A stretch of 64,000 nt of DNA from Eubacteriales bacterium (GTDB lineage Bacteria; Bacillota; Clostridia; Oscillospirales; SIG627), in assembly GCA_045536965.1 (NCBI GenBank), contig JAZSON010000012.1, positions 211,889 through 275,888 of the forward strand, given 5' to 3'. Numbering within the stretch: position 1 is the stretch's first letter; each line of letters starts with the position of its first letter. The notes below the pieces were generated by a model. The model made no database searches. It saw only the letters and a program-made list of their open reading frames with translations, and was not told the DNA's origin. Positions 46,098 through 59,558 of the stretch are shown here, one piece after another. A program made the position numbers and the translations under genes.

Positions 46098-47202
46098 TGA
46101 AAATTACCGGCATTGAAGTGCAGGCTTTTCGCAACATTCAAAATCAAAAGGTTTTATTTTCTGAAAATTCTACTGTTTTTTTCGGTGAGAATGCGCAAGG
46201 AAAAACCAATCTTTTAGAAGCGGTATTTTTATTGGCAGCCGGAAAAAGCTTCAGAGCCAGAAAATTAAAGGAAATGATCCCGACAGGACAAACTTCCTTT
46301 CACATCGCTTGTCAAATGGAAAGCGAAACGGAAAATATGGATCTTTCCATGTTTTACAGTGAAAAAGAAGGAAAAAAGCTCCGGATCAACGGAAATGAGT
46401 GTTTGACGGAAAAAGAATTTTTGAGCCACTTGAACATTGTTCATTTTTCGCCCGATTCTCTTTCATTGGTCAAAGGATCTCCTGAACAAAGACGTGAATT
46501 TTTAGATTTTGCCATTGCGCAGCTTCGTCCCCGATATTTTCTTTTAAGAAAAGAATGTGCGCGTCTTTTAACACAGCGAAATGCCCAACTGAAATACATT
46601 GCAAAAAACGGTGTAGGTAAAGATATGATGCCTGTTTGGGATACTTATGTTTCCAAACTATTTGCAAAAATCACTGTTTATCGCCGCAGTTATGCAGAAC
46701 TTTTAAAACCTAAGGCCATACGGCAATACGAAATCGTTTCCGATGGCAGAGAAAGCTTTAATATGAAATACATTTCCGGAGCGCCGGAAGATATCAAAGA
46801 AGAAAAAGACTTGACTGATTTTTATCTTCATGCCATGGAATCCTCTTTGGAAGAAGATATTCAAAATCAAAGTACAGGTATTGGACCTCATCGCGACGAT
46901 CTGCTTTTATTTATCGGGGGACACAGTGCAAAAGCATTTGGCTCACAAGGTCAGCAACGTGCAGCGGTATTGGCCTTGAAATTAGCAGAAGGTGAATTAT
47001 TTTCCGAAGATCGCGGATTTGCTCCGTTGTATCTTTTGGATGATATTTTCAGTGAGTTGGATGAATCCAGAAGGCGTCATCTTATGATGGCATTGCAAGA
47101 CAAACAATCCATTTTAACTACCTGCGAGCAAAATGGTGACTTTCTTCCTTTTTCGGGAAAAAAATACCGTGTAGAAAAAGGAATTTATACGGAGGTAATT
47201 TA

Positions 47203-47203
<1 letters not shown>
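46097..47203 (+). CDS. recF: DNA replication and repair protein RecF
   Basis: ORF track, 368 aa. Walker A GENAQGKTNLLEA, signature GSQGQQRAAVLALKLAE, Walker B LLDDIFSELD. Confidence 0.95.
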
Positions 47204-49489
<2,286 letters not shown>

Positions 49490-49498
49490 GAAACAGGC

Positions 49499-50434
49499 AT
49501 GAAAGCCATTTGTGTGACTCTAAATCCTGCGCTTGACAAATATTTTTATCTTCCCGCATTGCAAGTAGGTTCTTTAAACCGCGCAGAAGGGGCTGTTGCC
49601 ATGACGGCGGGCGGCAAGGGAATCAATGTCGCAAGAACCCTGAAAATGTTGGGAGATGAAGCTGTCAATCTGTTTTTGGCGGGCGGAAATACGGGAAAAT
49701 GGATGGAAGATATGCTTTCGGAAGAAGGGCAGAAATCTGTCATTATAAAAACGACAGCCTCCACCCGTATCTGCACAAAAATTGTTACCCCCGAATCGTT
49801 TACCGAAATCAATGAGAAAGGGGGGCCGATTACAAAAGAAGAAACAGAAAAGGCTCTCCTATCGTTGGCTGAAGTGTTGGGAGACGTAAAGCCGCATTGT
49901 GTGATTCTCAGCGGTTCTTTGCCGATGGGAATGGATAAAAATATTTATATTCGCATGATGGAAAAAGCCGCTTTGGCAGGTGCCGCGGTTATACTGGACT
50001 GCGATGGCGAGACTTTGAAAAAGGGTATTGAAAAAAAACCGTTTTTAATTAAACCCAATTTGTATGAGCTTTGTCAGCTTATCGGGCATCCTCTGACGGA
50101 CAAACAAGAGATACAAGATGCTTGTTTGCAACTGCACCAAAAAGAAGGTATTGAAATTTTGTGTACCCTTGGGGCAGACGGTGCCGTTTATGCGGGGAAA
50201 AACGGACTTTTTTCGGTCACTTCTCCCAAAGTCAACGCATCCAAGCCATCCGGTGCGGGAGACACATTTTTAGCCGGATATTTGTCGGCCTATTTTCAAG
50301 AACAAACGCCGAGCGAATGTCTGATCCGAGCGGTGCAAACTGCCGCGGGTAAATTGGAGAGTACAGATGGTTTTCCCATCCCACTCGAAAAAGAAAAATA
50401 CCGCAGTCAAATTGTCTGCACTAAAATATCGTAA
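49499..50434 (+). CDS. PfkB-family sugar kinase (1-phosphofructokinase / tagatose-6-phosphate kinase-like)
   Basis: ORF track, 311 aa. NPALDKY, GGKGINVA, and C-terminal GAGDTFLAG motif. Confidence 0.8.
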   Translation: MKAICVTLNPALDKYFYLPALQVGSLNRAEGAVAMTAGGKGINVARTLKMLGDEAVNLFLAGGNTGKWMEDMLSEEGQKSVIIKTTASTRICTKIVTPESFTEINEKGGPITKEETEKALLSLAEVLGDVKPHCVILSGSLPMGMDKNIYIRMMEKAALAGAAVILDCDGETLKKGIEKKPFLIKPNLYELCQLIGHPLTDKQEIQDACLQLHQKEGIEILCTLGADGAVYAGKNGLFSVTSPKVNASKPSGAGDTFLAGYLSAYFQEQTPSECLIRAVQTAAGKLESTDGFPIPLEKEKYRSQIVCTKIS

Positions 50435-50461
50435 ATCCGTTGCGGAAAGGAACAGTTTATT

Positions 50462-53053
50462 ATGGATATCAACCTCGAAGGACAAAATATTATTAATGTA
50501 GAAATCGAAAAGGAAATGCGCCGCAGTTACATCGACTACTCTATGTCGGTTATTGTCGGGCGCGCTTTACCCGATGTGCGTGACGGTTTAAAACCCGTCC
50601 ACCGCAGAATTTTGTTTTCCATGTACGAGGATGGACTTACCAGTGATAAGCCCTTCCGCAAATCAGCAACCACGGTTGGTAACGTGCTCGGTCATTACCA
50701 TCCCCATGGTGACACGGCGGTTTATGATGCCATGGTTCGTTTGGCTCAGCCGTTTTCCATGCGTTATCCGTTGGTAGAAGGACACGGTAACTTCGGTAAC
50801 GTGGATGGCGACGGTGCCGCTGCTTACCGTTATACCGAGGCCAGAATGTCCAAAATGGCCAACGAAATGATGGTGGATATTGAAAAACGCGTGGTAGATT
50901 TTATCCCCAACTTTGATAACAAGGCCGAAGAACCGGTGGTGTTGCCTGCCCGTTTCCCCAACCTTTTGGTCAATGGTTCGGTGGGTATTGCGGTTGGTAT
51001 GGCCACCAATATTCCGCCTCACAATATGAGCGAGGTAATTGACGGTACCATTTATTTGATGGACAATCCCAAATGTACCGTTCCCGATCTGATTCAGATT
51101 ATCAAAGGCCCCGATTTCCCGACTTATGCGACCATTCACGGTACAAAAGGTATCCACGAGGCTTATATGACAGGCCGCGGTAAGGTGCTTGTGCGTGCCA
51201 AAGCGCATTTTGAAGAAAAGAATGGCCGTACCTCTATTGTATTTACCGAAATTCCTTATCAGGTAAATAAATCCATGCTGGTCTCATCCATTGCCGATCT
51301 GATCAAGAATAAGCGCATTGAAGGAATTGCCGACCTCCGCGATGAGTCGGGTCGCGCAGGTATGCGTATCGTTGTCGATCTCAAACGTGAAGCTAACAGC
51401 CAATTGGTATTGAATTTACTGTATAAGTATTCTCAGTTGCAGGATACCTTTGCCATCAATATGCTCGCGCTTGTAGACGGCGAACCCAAAACACTCAACT
51501 TAAAACAGGTGCTTCACCATTACATCCGTCATCAAGAAGAGGTAGTCACTCGCCGTGTCCAATTCGATTTAGATAAAGCGAAGGCAAGACTGCATATCTT
51601 AGAAGGCTATAAGCTTGCCATTGACAATATTGATGCGGTCATTGCCACCATTCGTGCCAGCACTACCATTCCCGATGCCCGCAATGCTTTGATTGCAAAC
51701 TTTGGTTTTTCCGAAATTCAGGCTCAGGCTATCGTCGAAATGCCTCTTGGACGTTTGGCAGGTTTGGAAATTGAGAAGATTCTCAATGAAATGGCTGAAA
51801 AAATAGCGCTTGTGGAAAGATTGGAAGCCATTTTGGCTGACGAAAATGAAATTTTGGCCATCATCCGCGAAGAACTTTTGGAAGTCAAGAGAAAATTCGG
51901 GGATGAGAGAAGAACCGAGATCGAATTGGTCGAAAATGAAATTCTGCTCGAAGATTTGATTGAACGGCAAAAATGCGCCATTACCATTTCCAACAGCGGT
52001 TATATTAAGAGAATGCCGATTGACGTATATCAATCGCAAAACCGCGGTGGCAAGGGTATTACCGCCATGGCGACCAAAGAAGAAGATTACGTCAAGGATA
52101 TTTTCATTTCGCATAGCCATAACTATTTGTTCCTGTTCTCCAATTACGGAAAACTGTTTATTAAAAAGTGTTATGAGATTCCCGAGGCATCGCGTACCTC
52201 CAAAGGAACGAATATTGTCAATATTTTGAATTTGCGTGAAGGTGAAAAGATCACGGCCTTTATTTCGGTTGGTAAAATCAATACCGACGAGTATTTGGTC
52301 ATGGTCACCAAGCAAGGTATTGTCAAGAGAACCGAGCTTTCCAAATTCCGTCATATCCGCAAGGACGGTGTGATTGCCATTACCCTTTTGGAAGAAGACG
52401 AGCTTTTGTACGTCAATAAGACCGACGGTAATCATGATGTGGTTATTGCAACCAGCAATGGCAACGGTATCCGTTTTGCCGAAAGCGATGTGCGTGTCAT
52501 GGGCAGAACTGCCAAAGGCGTACGCGGCGTTCGTTTGGGTGAGGGATGCAAGGTCGTAGGCGTTGCCGTTTTGGATCCCAACAGCGAAACCGAAGGCAAG
52601 ACCTTGTTGACCATCACTGAACGTGGTTTCGGTAAGAAAACCGCGTCTGATCTCTATCCCATTCGCCACAGAGGCGGTAAAGGTATTATTTGCCATAAGC
52701 TGACCGAAAAGACGGGCGCTTTGGCAGGTATGTGCGAAGTCCACGAAAGCGATGATGTCATGTTGATTACCGATGGCGGTATGCTCATTCGTACGCCTGT
52801 TGCCCAAGTTTCCGAGACGGGCAGAAGTGCTTCGGGTGTTATTATCATGCGTATGGCCCAAGGTTCGAATTTGGCAGGTTTCCAGCGCATTGTCAATGAA
52901 GACGATACAGATAAGATTGAGGTTACCGAGGAAACCGAAGAAAGCGATGATGTCTTGACTGAGGACGAGACCGCTGTCGAGGAAGAAGAAGCCGAAGACG
53001 AAATCGAAGAAGATATCGCCGAAGACGAAGAGGACGATGAAAGCGAAGAATGA
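50462..53053 (+). CDS. gyrA: DNA gyrase subunit A with an acidic C-terminal tail
   Basis: ORF track, 863 aa. [10 protein letters not shown], active-site region [11 protein letters not shown], beta-pinwheel repeats, and an E/D-rich tail of about 50 aa. Confidence 0.95.
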   Translation: MDINLEGQNIINVEIEKEMRRSYIDYSMSVIVGRALPDVRDGLKPVHRRILFSMYEDGLTSDKPFRKSATTVGNVLGHYHPHGDTAVYDAMVRLAQPFSMRYPLVEGHGNFGNVDGDGAAAYRYTEARMSKMANEMMVDIEKRVVDFIPNFDNKAEEPVVLPARFPNLLVNGSVGIAVGMATNIPPHNMSEVIDGTIYLMDNPKCTVPDLIQIIKGPDFPTYATIHGTKGIHEAYMTGRGKVLVRAKAHFEEKNGRTSIVFTEIPYQVNKSMLVSSIADLIKNKRIEGIADLRDESGRAGMRIVVDLKREANSQLVLNLLYKYSQLQDTFAINMLALVDGEPKTLNLKQVLHHYIRHQEEVVTRRVQFDLDKAKARLHILEGYKLAIDNIDAVIATIRASTTIPDARNALIANFGFSEIQAQAIVEMPLGRLAGLEIEKILNEMAEKIALVERLEAILADENEILAIIREELLEVKRKFGDERRTEIELVENEILLEDLIERQKCAITISNSGYIKRMPIDVYQSQNRGGKGITAMATKEEDYVKDIFISHSHNYLFLFSNYGKLFIKKCYEIPEASRTSKGTNIVNILNLREGEKITAFISVGKINTDEYLVMVTKQGIVKRTELSKFRHIRKDGVIAITLLEEDELLYVNKTDGNHDVVIATSNGNGIRFAESDVRVMGRTAKGVRGVRLGEGCKVVGVAVLDPNSETEGKTLLTITERGFGKKTASDLYPIRHRGGKGIICHKLTEKTGALAGMCEVHESDDVMLITDGGMLIRTPVAQVSETGRSASGVIIMRMAQGSNLAGFQRIVNEDDTDKIEVTEETEESDDVLTEDETAVEEEEAEDEIEEDIAEDEEDDESEE

Positions 53054-53567
53054 GATTGCGGTCTATATCCTTCGCGATACCTTGGATAGCTTTACCCGCT
53101 CTCATGAATTTACCGAATTGTGCTTGAAAAAGCATTACGGTTTTGTTCCGAGTATCGTGCGAACCGAAAAGGGAAAGCCATGTTTTTCTGATCCCGATTT
53201 GGGAAGCTTCAGTTTATCCCACAGCGCAGATGTATTTGTTCTTGCCGTTTTTGAGGGTGGACAAGTCGGAATTGACGTTGAAGTACCCAAAGCAGGAAAG
53301 GATTACAGCCGTTTGGCCCGTAAATACTGCGCTGAATGTGAAAAGGAAACTGATTTTTTCCGTGTTTGGACAGCCAAGGAATCAAGCTGTAAACTCACAG
53401 GGGAAGGCTTGGGCGGTATAAGCAAGGTCAAAGTCAGCCTTTCTCCGTATCAGGCAGAGGTGCAAGGCTTCGGACGGGTATATTTGTATGATTTAACCCT
53501 TGCGGCAGGGGTACCTTGTACCCTTGCGGCAGATAAAGAGGTCACATGGAAGGTAAACGATTTGTAA
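53037..53567 (+). CDS. 4'-phosphopantetheinyl transferase (Sfp-type)
   Basis: ORF track, 176 aa. [19 protein letters not shown] and [18 protein letters not shown] follow PPTase motifs. Overlaps the gyrA end by 17 nt. Confidence 0.75.
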   Translation: MKAKNEIAVYILRDTLDSFTRSHEFTELCLKKHYGFVPSIVRTEKGKPCFSDPDLGSFSLSHSADVFVLAVFEGGQVGIDVEVPKAGKDYSRLARKYCAECEKETDFFRVWTAKESSCKLTGEGLGGISKVKVSLSPYQAEVQGFGRVYLYDLTLAAGVPCTLAADKEVTWKVNDL

Positions 53568-53872
53568 AAAACGATGACGGATTTGTTTGTGTCCACTGCG
53601 GTGAAACAGTTTTGCCCATGGGGAAAAGTTCGCGGGACCATTGTCCGAAATGCCTTTACAGTATGCATGTGGATATTCTGCCGGGCGATCGTGCCAATCC
53701 TTGTCGCGGCAAACTCAAGCCCGTGCAGTGTTTACCCGATGCAAAGAAAGGATTTATATTGGTCTATCGGTGCGAAAAGTGCCGACAGACCGTGCGTTGT
53801 CGCGCTGCTCTTGACTGTCAGCAGCCCGACGATCAGGCAAAGCTGATTAAGCTGACAGTTTGTGAGGAGTAA
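53546..53872 (+). CDS. RNHCP-domain zinc-ribbon protein
   Basis: ORF track, 108 aa. FVCVHCGETV and SSRDHCPKCLYSMHVD..PCRG..YRCEKC resemble the RNHCP family pattern. Overlaps the PPTase gene by 22 nt. Confidence 0.65.
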   Translation: MEGKRFVKNDDGFVCVHCGETVLPMGKSSRDHCPKCLYSMHVDILPGDRANPCRGKLKPVQCLPDAKKGFILVYRCEKCRQTVRCRAALDCQQPDDQAKLIKLTVCEE

Positions 53873-53876
53873 CCGA

Positions 53877-54959
53877 ATGAAAAATAAAGAGAAAAAAGCC
53901 TGTCCTGTCAATCCGCGGCTTGGTTGTGTCGGCGGACAGGCGGTGATGGAAGGCATTATGATGCGCGGGAAAACCCAATATACCACCGCGGTCCGCTTGC
54001 CTAACGGCATCATTGTGCGGGACACCCATCCAAATACCAGTATCAAAGATAAGCATAAGTGGATGAAAACGCCCGTAATTCGCGGTTGTGTCAATTTTAT
54101 TGAAACTTTAAAACTCAGTTTTTCTACACTTACCTTCTCGGCCGAGGCATTGGGCGAGGATATTCAGGAAGAAACAAAATTTGAAAAGTGGTTGACTAAG
54201 GTATTTGGAAAATCACTGATGATGGTTGCCGCTGCCGTTGGTATGGTTTTGGGTGTGGCATTGGCCGTATCTTTGTTTATTTTCCTTCCGACACTTATTT
54301 CGGGCTGGATTTCTTCTTGGATCGATTTTGGAAGCAGTGAGCAGATCTTTCGTTCCGTTTTCGAAGGCATTTTAAAAATGGCAATTTTTGTTTTATATGT
54401 TTCGCTCATCGCGTTGCTTCCCGATATTCGCCGTACGTTTGAATATCACGGCGCCGAGCATAAAAGCATTTTTTGCTATGAATCAGGCGAAGAACTGACG
54501 GTGGAAAACATCAAAAAGCAAAAACGGCTTCATCCCCGTTGCGGAACCAGCTTTATGATTGTCATGATGCTGCTTGGTATTTTGCTCGGTATGCTCATTC
54601 CGTCTATGAATGTATTTTTGCGGACGGGTATTCGACTGTTGATTCTGCCGCTGATTGTTGGCATTGGCTATGAAATTTTAATGTATGCAGGAAAACATGA
54701 CAATGCGGTCATACGCTTTTTGACAAAACCCGGTATATGGATGCAGTTGATCACTACCAAAGAACCGGATGAAGGACAAATTGAGGTGGCGATTGTTGCC
54801 CTTCGTTCTGCTTTGCCCGATCAATTTACCGAAGAAGAAGTTTTCCGCGGTTTTGAAGAAGCAAGACCCAAAGAACAAGCAGAAATAAAAGAAGATGCCG
54901 CCGAAGAAAAGGCGGCGGATGAACCGATGGAAGAAAAATCGGAAGATGCGGCGCAATGA
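53877..54959 (+). CDS. DUF1385 (YqhQ-like) membrane protein
   Basis: Start moved to ATG 53877 (GAGGAG upstream). GGQAVMEGIMMRG, YHGAEHK and HPRCGTSF are DUF1385 hallmarks. Usual position upstream of prmC. Confidence 0.8.
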   Translation: MKNKEKKACPVNPRLGCVGGQAVMEGIMMRGKTQYTTAVRLPNGIIVRDTHPNTSIKDKHKWMKTPVIRGCVNFIETLKLSFSTLTFSAEALGEDIQEETKFEKWLTKVFGKSLMMVAAAVGMVLGVALAVSLFIFLPTLISGWISSWIDFGSSEQIFRSVFEGILKMAIFVLYVSLIALLPDIRRTFEYHGAEHKSIFCYESGEELTVENIKKQKRLHPRCGTSFMIVMMLLGILLGMLIPSMNVFLRTGIRLLILPLIVGIGYEILMYAGKHDNAVIRFLTKPGIWMQLITTKEPDEGQIEVAIVALRSALPDQFTEEEVFRGFEEARPKEQAEIKEDAAEEKAADEPMEEKSEDAAQ

Positions 54960-55795
54960 AGTGGAAAGAAGCCAAGGCAGCTTTAAAAGATGCGTATGAA
55001 GTATCGTTTTGCGCCCAAGAAAGCGGTAGCTTTTCTTCGCTTATTCATTATTTTTCAGTGTCCGCAGGCTGTCAAACACCAATGTTTCCCGATAGCGATT
55101 TAACCTTAGAACAGTTCGAGCAAATGTTGTATTGGATGGAACAGGTGAAAAATGGGTGTCCGCCCCAATACGCAGTCGGCAAGGTTTGGTTTGATTGCGG
55201 TGAGTTTTTTGTGGGCGAAGGAGTTTTGATTCCGCGTCCTGACACCGAGATATTGGTGGATTTTGCATCTCAACGCCTTGCGCCAAACGGTATTTTTTAC
55301 GATTTGTGCTGTGGCAGCGGTTGCGTAGGTGTTTCGGTATTGATGCATCGACCCGACGCGCGGTGTATCGCATGTGACATTGCGGAAGCTCCTCTTTGTT
55401 ACACTGCAAAAAATGCATTGCATAACGGTGTTGCGGACAGACACAAAACCATATATACGGATGTTCTTTCTCCCGATATATCTTCCTTGGAGAAGGTTGA
55501 TTTGGTGGTTTCCAATCCCCCCTATTTAACCAAGGATGAAATGCGCTCTTTGCCGATCCTTTTAGAAAAAGAGCCTCGTGAAGCGCTGGATGGCGGGGAG
55601 GATGGTTTAATATTTTATCGCGCGATTTTGAAGAATTTTCAAAAAATATCCTCGCGGTTTTTATTCGAGATTGGTGCCGCGCAAGCGGAGGAAATTCAAA
55701 AGATCGCAAGGGAAAACGGTTTTGAACAAATCGAGGTCGGCCGAGACTACGGCGGCCGTGATCGGATTGTATATTGTGAAAAGAAAAAGATATAA
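54956..55795 (+). CDS. prmC: Peptide chain release factor N5-glutamine methyltransferase
   Basis: ORF track, 279 aa. [13 protein letters not shown]-binding loop and the VSNPPY catalytic motif. Confidence 0.85.
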   Translation: MKWKEAKAALKDAYEVSFCAQESGSFSSLIHYFSVSAGCQTPMFPDSDLTLEQFEQMLYWMEQVKNGCPPQYAVGKVWFDCGEFFVGEGVLIPRPDTEILVDFASQRLAPNGIFYDLCCGSGCVGVSVLMHRPDARCIACDIAEAPLCYTAKNALHNGVADRHKTIYTDVLSPDISSLEKVDLVVSNPPYLTKDEMRSLPILLEKEPREALDGGEDGLIFYRAILKNFQKISSRFLFEIGAAQAEEIQKIARENGFEQIEVGRDYGGRDRIVYCEKKKI

Positions 55796-55805
55796 GGAGG
55801 ACAAA

Positions 55806-56909
55806 ATGGCAGAAAAAAAGTCGAAAGCCGCTGATGCGCAGGCAAACAACGGCGATAAAAAGAAAGCGATTGATACCGCGATACATCAGATCACTAAAAT
55901 GTATGGTGCGGGTTCTATTATGAAGCTCGGCCAAAATCAGAATATGCAGGTGGATGCGGTTTCGACCGGATCACTCACTTTGAATATTGCGCTTGGAATC
56001 GGCGGTTTACCCCGCGGCCGAATCATCGAGATCTATGGGCCGGAATCTTCCGGTAAAACCACGGTGGCTCTTCATGTGGTTGCAGAGGTGCAAAAAGCCG
56101 GTGGAGAAGCGGCCTTTATCGACGCTGAACATGCGTTGGATCCCGTTTATGCCAAAGCGCTGGGGGTTGATATTGACAATCTCTTGGTTTCCCAGCCCGA
56201 TGATGGTGAGCAGGCACTTCAAATCACAGAAGCGCTTGTCCGTTCGGATGCTATTGATGTTCTTGTTGTCGACTCGGTTGCGGCACTGACTCCCCGTTCT
56301 GAAATCGAGGGAGATATGGGCGCCGCTACTATGGGCGCGCAGGCGCGACTCATGTCGCAAGCACTTCGTAAGCTTTCGGCTGTCGTTTCCAAATCCCGTT
56401 GTGTGCTTATCTTTATTAACCAGTTGCGTGATAAGGTTGGCGTAATGTATGGCTCTCCCGAGGTAACCACGGGTGGTCGCGCTTTGCGTTTTTACGCTTC
56501 TGTGCGTTTGGATGTCCGCCGCGGTGAACAGCTGAAAAACAAAGGAGAAGCTGTCGGTCATCGCGTCCGTTGTAAAGTGGCCAAAAACAAAGTGGCGCCT
56601 CCTTTCAAGGTTGCCGAATTTGACATTCTTTATGGCGAGGGTATTTCGCGCGAAAGTGAAATACTGGAAGTCGGCCAAATGGTCGGTTTGATAGAAAAAA
56701 GCGGTGCTTGGCTGTCGGTAGACGGTGTTAAGATCGGTCAGGGTAAAGACAATGCGCGCGCTTATTTAAAGGGCAATCCCGACTTTACCAAAGAATTAGA
56801 AGCCCGCATTATGGCAAAATCAAGTGATATTGCCGAGCAGATCCAGGTTGGCGGCGCAGGAGATCATGACAACGGAGATGACGAACTGGATCTTCTGGAA
56901 GACGAATGA
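55806..56909 (+). CDS. recA: Recombinase RecA
   Basis: Start moved to ATG 55806 (AAGGAGG upstream); the track ORF start at 55671 overlaps prmC. Walker [10 protein letters not shown], plus the IFINQLR block. Confidence 0.95.
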   Translation: MAEKKSKAADAQANNGDKKKAIDTAIHQITKMYGAGSIMKLGQNQNMQVDAVSTGSLTLNIALGIGGLPRGRIIEIYGPESSGKTTVALHVVAEVQKAGGEAAFIDAEHALDPVYAKALGVDIDNLLVSQPDDGEQALQITEALVRSDAIDVLVVDSVAALTPRSEIEGDMGAATMGAQARLMSQALRKLSAVVSKSRCVLIFINQLRDKVGVMYGSPEVTTGGRALRFYASVRLDVRRGEQLKNKGEAVGHRVRCKVAKNKVAPPFKVAEFDILYGEGISRESEILEVGQMVGLIEKSGAWLSVDGVKIGQGKDNARAYLKGNPDFTKELEARIMAKSSDIAEQIQVGGAGDHDNGDDELDLLEDE

Positions 56910-57541
56910 TTTTTCTTTCGGCCGACTACGATGATCGAAAAGGCCTTATGTGTATCCGTTGCGATGTGGCAGAGTTTTACAGTCTTCTTCCATCTTTTGA
57001 GGCAGAAATTAAACCTTTTTTGCCTCAAAAAGGAAGCGTGGCGGACGATGTTTTTTGCCGTGCGTTGTGTAGCGTGCACATCGAAGCGGTGCTGACACTC
57101 CGTGCGCTTAGGATACTTGCTTACGGCGACAATACCGCCCGCGGACTTTTGGATAAGCTGATGAAAACCGAGGTGCCCGGTGCTTTTGCCGATCGGGAGA
57201 TTGCCAAAAAAGTCGTTGTTGATTGTGTCAAAAAAGGGTTGGTTCGAGAAGAAGAATATGCCCTCCGTCTGCTGGAAAAGTGGATACGAGAGGTGCGCGG
57301 TGTCTATTTTATCGAGCAAAAAATGAAAGAAAAGCGATTTCGTCCCGGGCTTTTTGAAAAGCTTGTGGATGAAGATACGCGGGAAAGGATTCGCGAGGCG
57401 CTTTTGACTTATGTGAAAGCGCAAAAGATCCAAAATCCCCGCGAAAAAAAACGCCTGACCGACGGACTTGTGCGGAGAGGATTTTCCTATGGGGAAATTT
57501 TTGATGCGCTGGTCGCCGCAGACAGAGAGGATTTTGCATGA
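56906..57541 (+). CDS. recX: RecA regulator RecX
   Basis: ORF track, 211 aa. ATGA overlap with the recA stop. Repeated helical units ending [15 protein letters not shown] are typical of RecX. Confidence 0.7.
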   Translation: MIFLSADYDDRKGLMCIRCDVAEFYSLLPSFEAEIKPFLPQKGSVADDVFCRALCSVHIEAVLTLRALRILAYGDNTARGLLDKLMKTEVPGAFADREIAKKVVVDCVKKGLVREEEYALRLLEKWIREVRGVYFIEQKMKEKRFRPGLFEKLVDEDTRERIREALLTYVKAQKIQNPREKKRLTDGLVRRGFSYGEIFDALVAADREDFA

Positions 57542-58893
57542 GTACGAAAAAAATTGGTTTTGTATCTCTCGGGTGCGCCAAAAATCGGGTTGATACCGAG
57601 GTCATGCTGGCAAAGCTTGTTGAGGCGGGTTATCAGATCGCCGAGGAAGATATTGATGCGGATGTCATGATTGTCAATAGTTGCGCTTTTATCCAAAGCG
57701 CCAAAGAAGAATCTATTGAAACGGTGCTTGATCTTGATTGGCTTAGAAAAAACCGCAGTTTGCAGGGTATTATTTTGACCGGTTGTATGGCTCAGCGATA
57801 TGCTGAGGATATTCGCCGTGAATTGCCTGAGGTAGATGCCATTGTTCCCGTTGGCGATGAAGGAAATATATGCGCAGCGGTGGAAGCGGTGCTTGCGGGT
57901 GTTCCTTATCAGCACGATTCTCCTCCTCCTGAAAACCTACCGCTCGGCGGTGACCGTGTTGTGACCACGCCCGAATATACGGCATATTTAAAAATCGCCG
58001 AGGGATGTGATAACTGCTGCACCTATTGTGCCATCCCCATGATGCGCGGTAAATTCAGAAGCAGACCGATCGAAGATTTAGTTTCCGAAGCACAAAATCT
58101 ATATGATATCGGCGCAAGAGAACTTTGTATTGTGGCGCAGGATACCACACGTTACGGTTTGGATTTGTATGGAGAATACAGTCTGCACCGTCTCTTGGAG
58201 GCGCTGTGTACATCCAAAACATTTTCCTTTACTTGGATTCGGCTCTTGTATTGCTATCCCGACAAAATTACCGACGAGCTGATCGCGGTGATGGCAAAAT
58301 ACGATAGTGTTGCAAAATATATAGATATGCCGATTCAGCACATTTCCGACAGCGTTCTTTCGGCCATGAATCGTCATGGCGGCAGCGCGGTCATTAAGGA
58401 TGCTGTGGCAAGGCTTCGAGCTGCCATGCCAAACATTGTGATTCGTACTACGGCGCTGGTAGGTTTTCCCGGTGAGACGGCTAAAGATTTTAATATGCTG
58501 GCTGCATATCTGCGTGAAACGAAGTTCCAAAGAATGGGTGTGTTTGCCTATTCCAAGGAAGAAGGCACCCCTGCTTACAGCTTGCCCAAGCAAGTTTCGG
58601 AAAAAACTAAGTTTTCTCGTCTTGACATTTTAATGAATGCACAATATACTATACAAAGCAACGATCAAGAAGCAAAGGTCGGCAAGGTTTTGAAGGTGCT
58701 GACCGAAGGGTACGATCAAGCGGCTGCTTGTTATTTTGGTCGCACTGAAGCCGATGCTCCCGAAATTGACGGCAAAGTGTTTTTTACATCTGCAGAACGT
58801 ATTGCTGAGGGCACTTTTGTTCATGTCAAAATCGATGGAGTATTAGATTATGATCTTACGGGACAAATGATCTCGAAGGAGGATGTAAAATGA
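57538..58893 (+). CDS. rimO: Ribosomal protein S12 methylthiotransferase RimO
   Basis: ORF track, 451 aa. IGFVSLGCAKNRVDTE MTTase N-domain, radical-SAM CDNCCTYC, and a C-terminal TRAM-like domain. Confidence 0.85.
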   Translation: MSTKKIGFVSLGCAKNRVDTEVMLAKLVEAGYQIAEEDIDADVMIVNSCAFIQSAKEESIETVLDLDWLRKNRSLQGIILTGCMAQRYAEDIRRELPEVDAIVPVGDEGNICAAVEAVLAGVPYQHDSPPPENLPLGGDRVVTTPEYTAYLKIAEGCDNCCTYCAIPMMRGKFRSRPIEDLVSEAQNLYDIGARELCIVAQDTTRYGLDLYGEYSLHRLLEALCTSKTFSFTWIRLLYCYPDKITDELIAVMAKYDSVAKYIDMPIQHISDSVLSAMNRHGGSAVIKDAVARLRAAMPNIVIRTTALVGFPGETAKDFNMLAAYLRETKFQRMGVFAYSKEEGTPAYSLPKQVSEKTKFSRLDILMNAQYTIQSNDQEAKVGKVLKVLTEGYDQAAACYFGRTEADAPEIDGKVFFTSAERIAEGTFVHVKIDGVLDYDLTGQMISKEDVK

Positions 58894-59540
58894 AATTAAA
58901 TTTACCTAACAAACTCACTCTGGTCCGCTGTGTGTTGGTTCCTCTCATTATGTTTTTTATGCTGGTTCCCCTCTTTGATAATCCCATGTGGTCGCGTATT
59001 ATCAGCGCGGTCGTGTTCCTTGCTGCTTCCATCACCGATGCTTTGGACGGAAATATTGCAAGATCTCGCAATCTGGTGACCAATTTCGGCAAATTTTTGG
59101 ATCCCCTTGCTGATAAACTGATGGTGATCTGTTCTCTGCTCTGTTTGACGGTTGCGGGTGGCATGGGTTATTATAACACCGGTGTGGTATACGATTTGCC
59201 CATTTTTGGTGAAACCGTATTTGATTGGAGCTTTTTGAATCCCGTTTTAATGGCATGGGTCACCGCAATCGTTATCATGCGCGAACTTGCCGTTACCAGT
59301 CTTCGTCTCGTGGTTGCCGCAGGTGATGAAAAAATCGTAGTTGCCGCCAACTGGATGGGAAAACTGAAAATGATCATGCAAACGGTGTTTGTTATGACCG
59401 CTCTTCTCGAGCCTGTGATTTTCCCGTGGTTGAATCTGTCTTTGACTTGGATCTGTTTGGTTATTATGGTGGTATCCACCGTGGTTTCCGGTTTTGATTA
59501 TATCCGCAGCTATTGGAAATTTATCAACCCCTCCAAATAA
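58890..59540 (+). CDS. pgsA: CDP-diacylglycerol--glycerol-3-phosphate 3-phosphatidyltransferase
   Basis: ORF track, 216 aa. CDP-alcohol phosphotransferase motif DALDGNIARSRNLVTNFGKFLDPLADKL. Confidence 0.85.
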   Translation: MKLNLPNKLTLVRCVLVPLIMFFMLVPLFDNPMWSRIISAVVFLAASITDALDGNIARSRNLVTNFGKFLDPLADKLMVICSLLCLTVAGGMGYYNTGVVYDLPIFGETVFDWSFLNPVLMAWVTAIVIMRELAVTSLRLVVAAGDEKIVVAANWMGKLKMIMQTVFVMTALLEPVIFPWLNLSLTWICLVIMVVSTVVSGFDYIRSYWKFINPSK

Positions 59541-59558
59541 TTTTGAGTGAGAGAAAAA

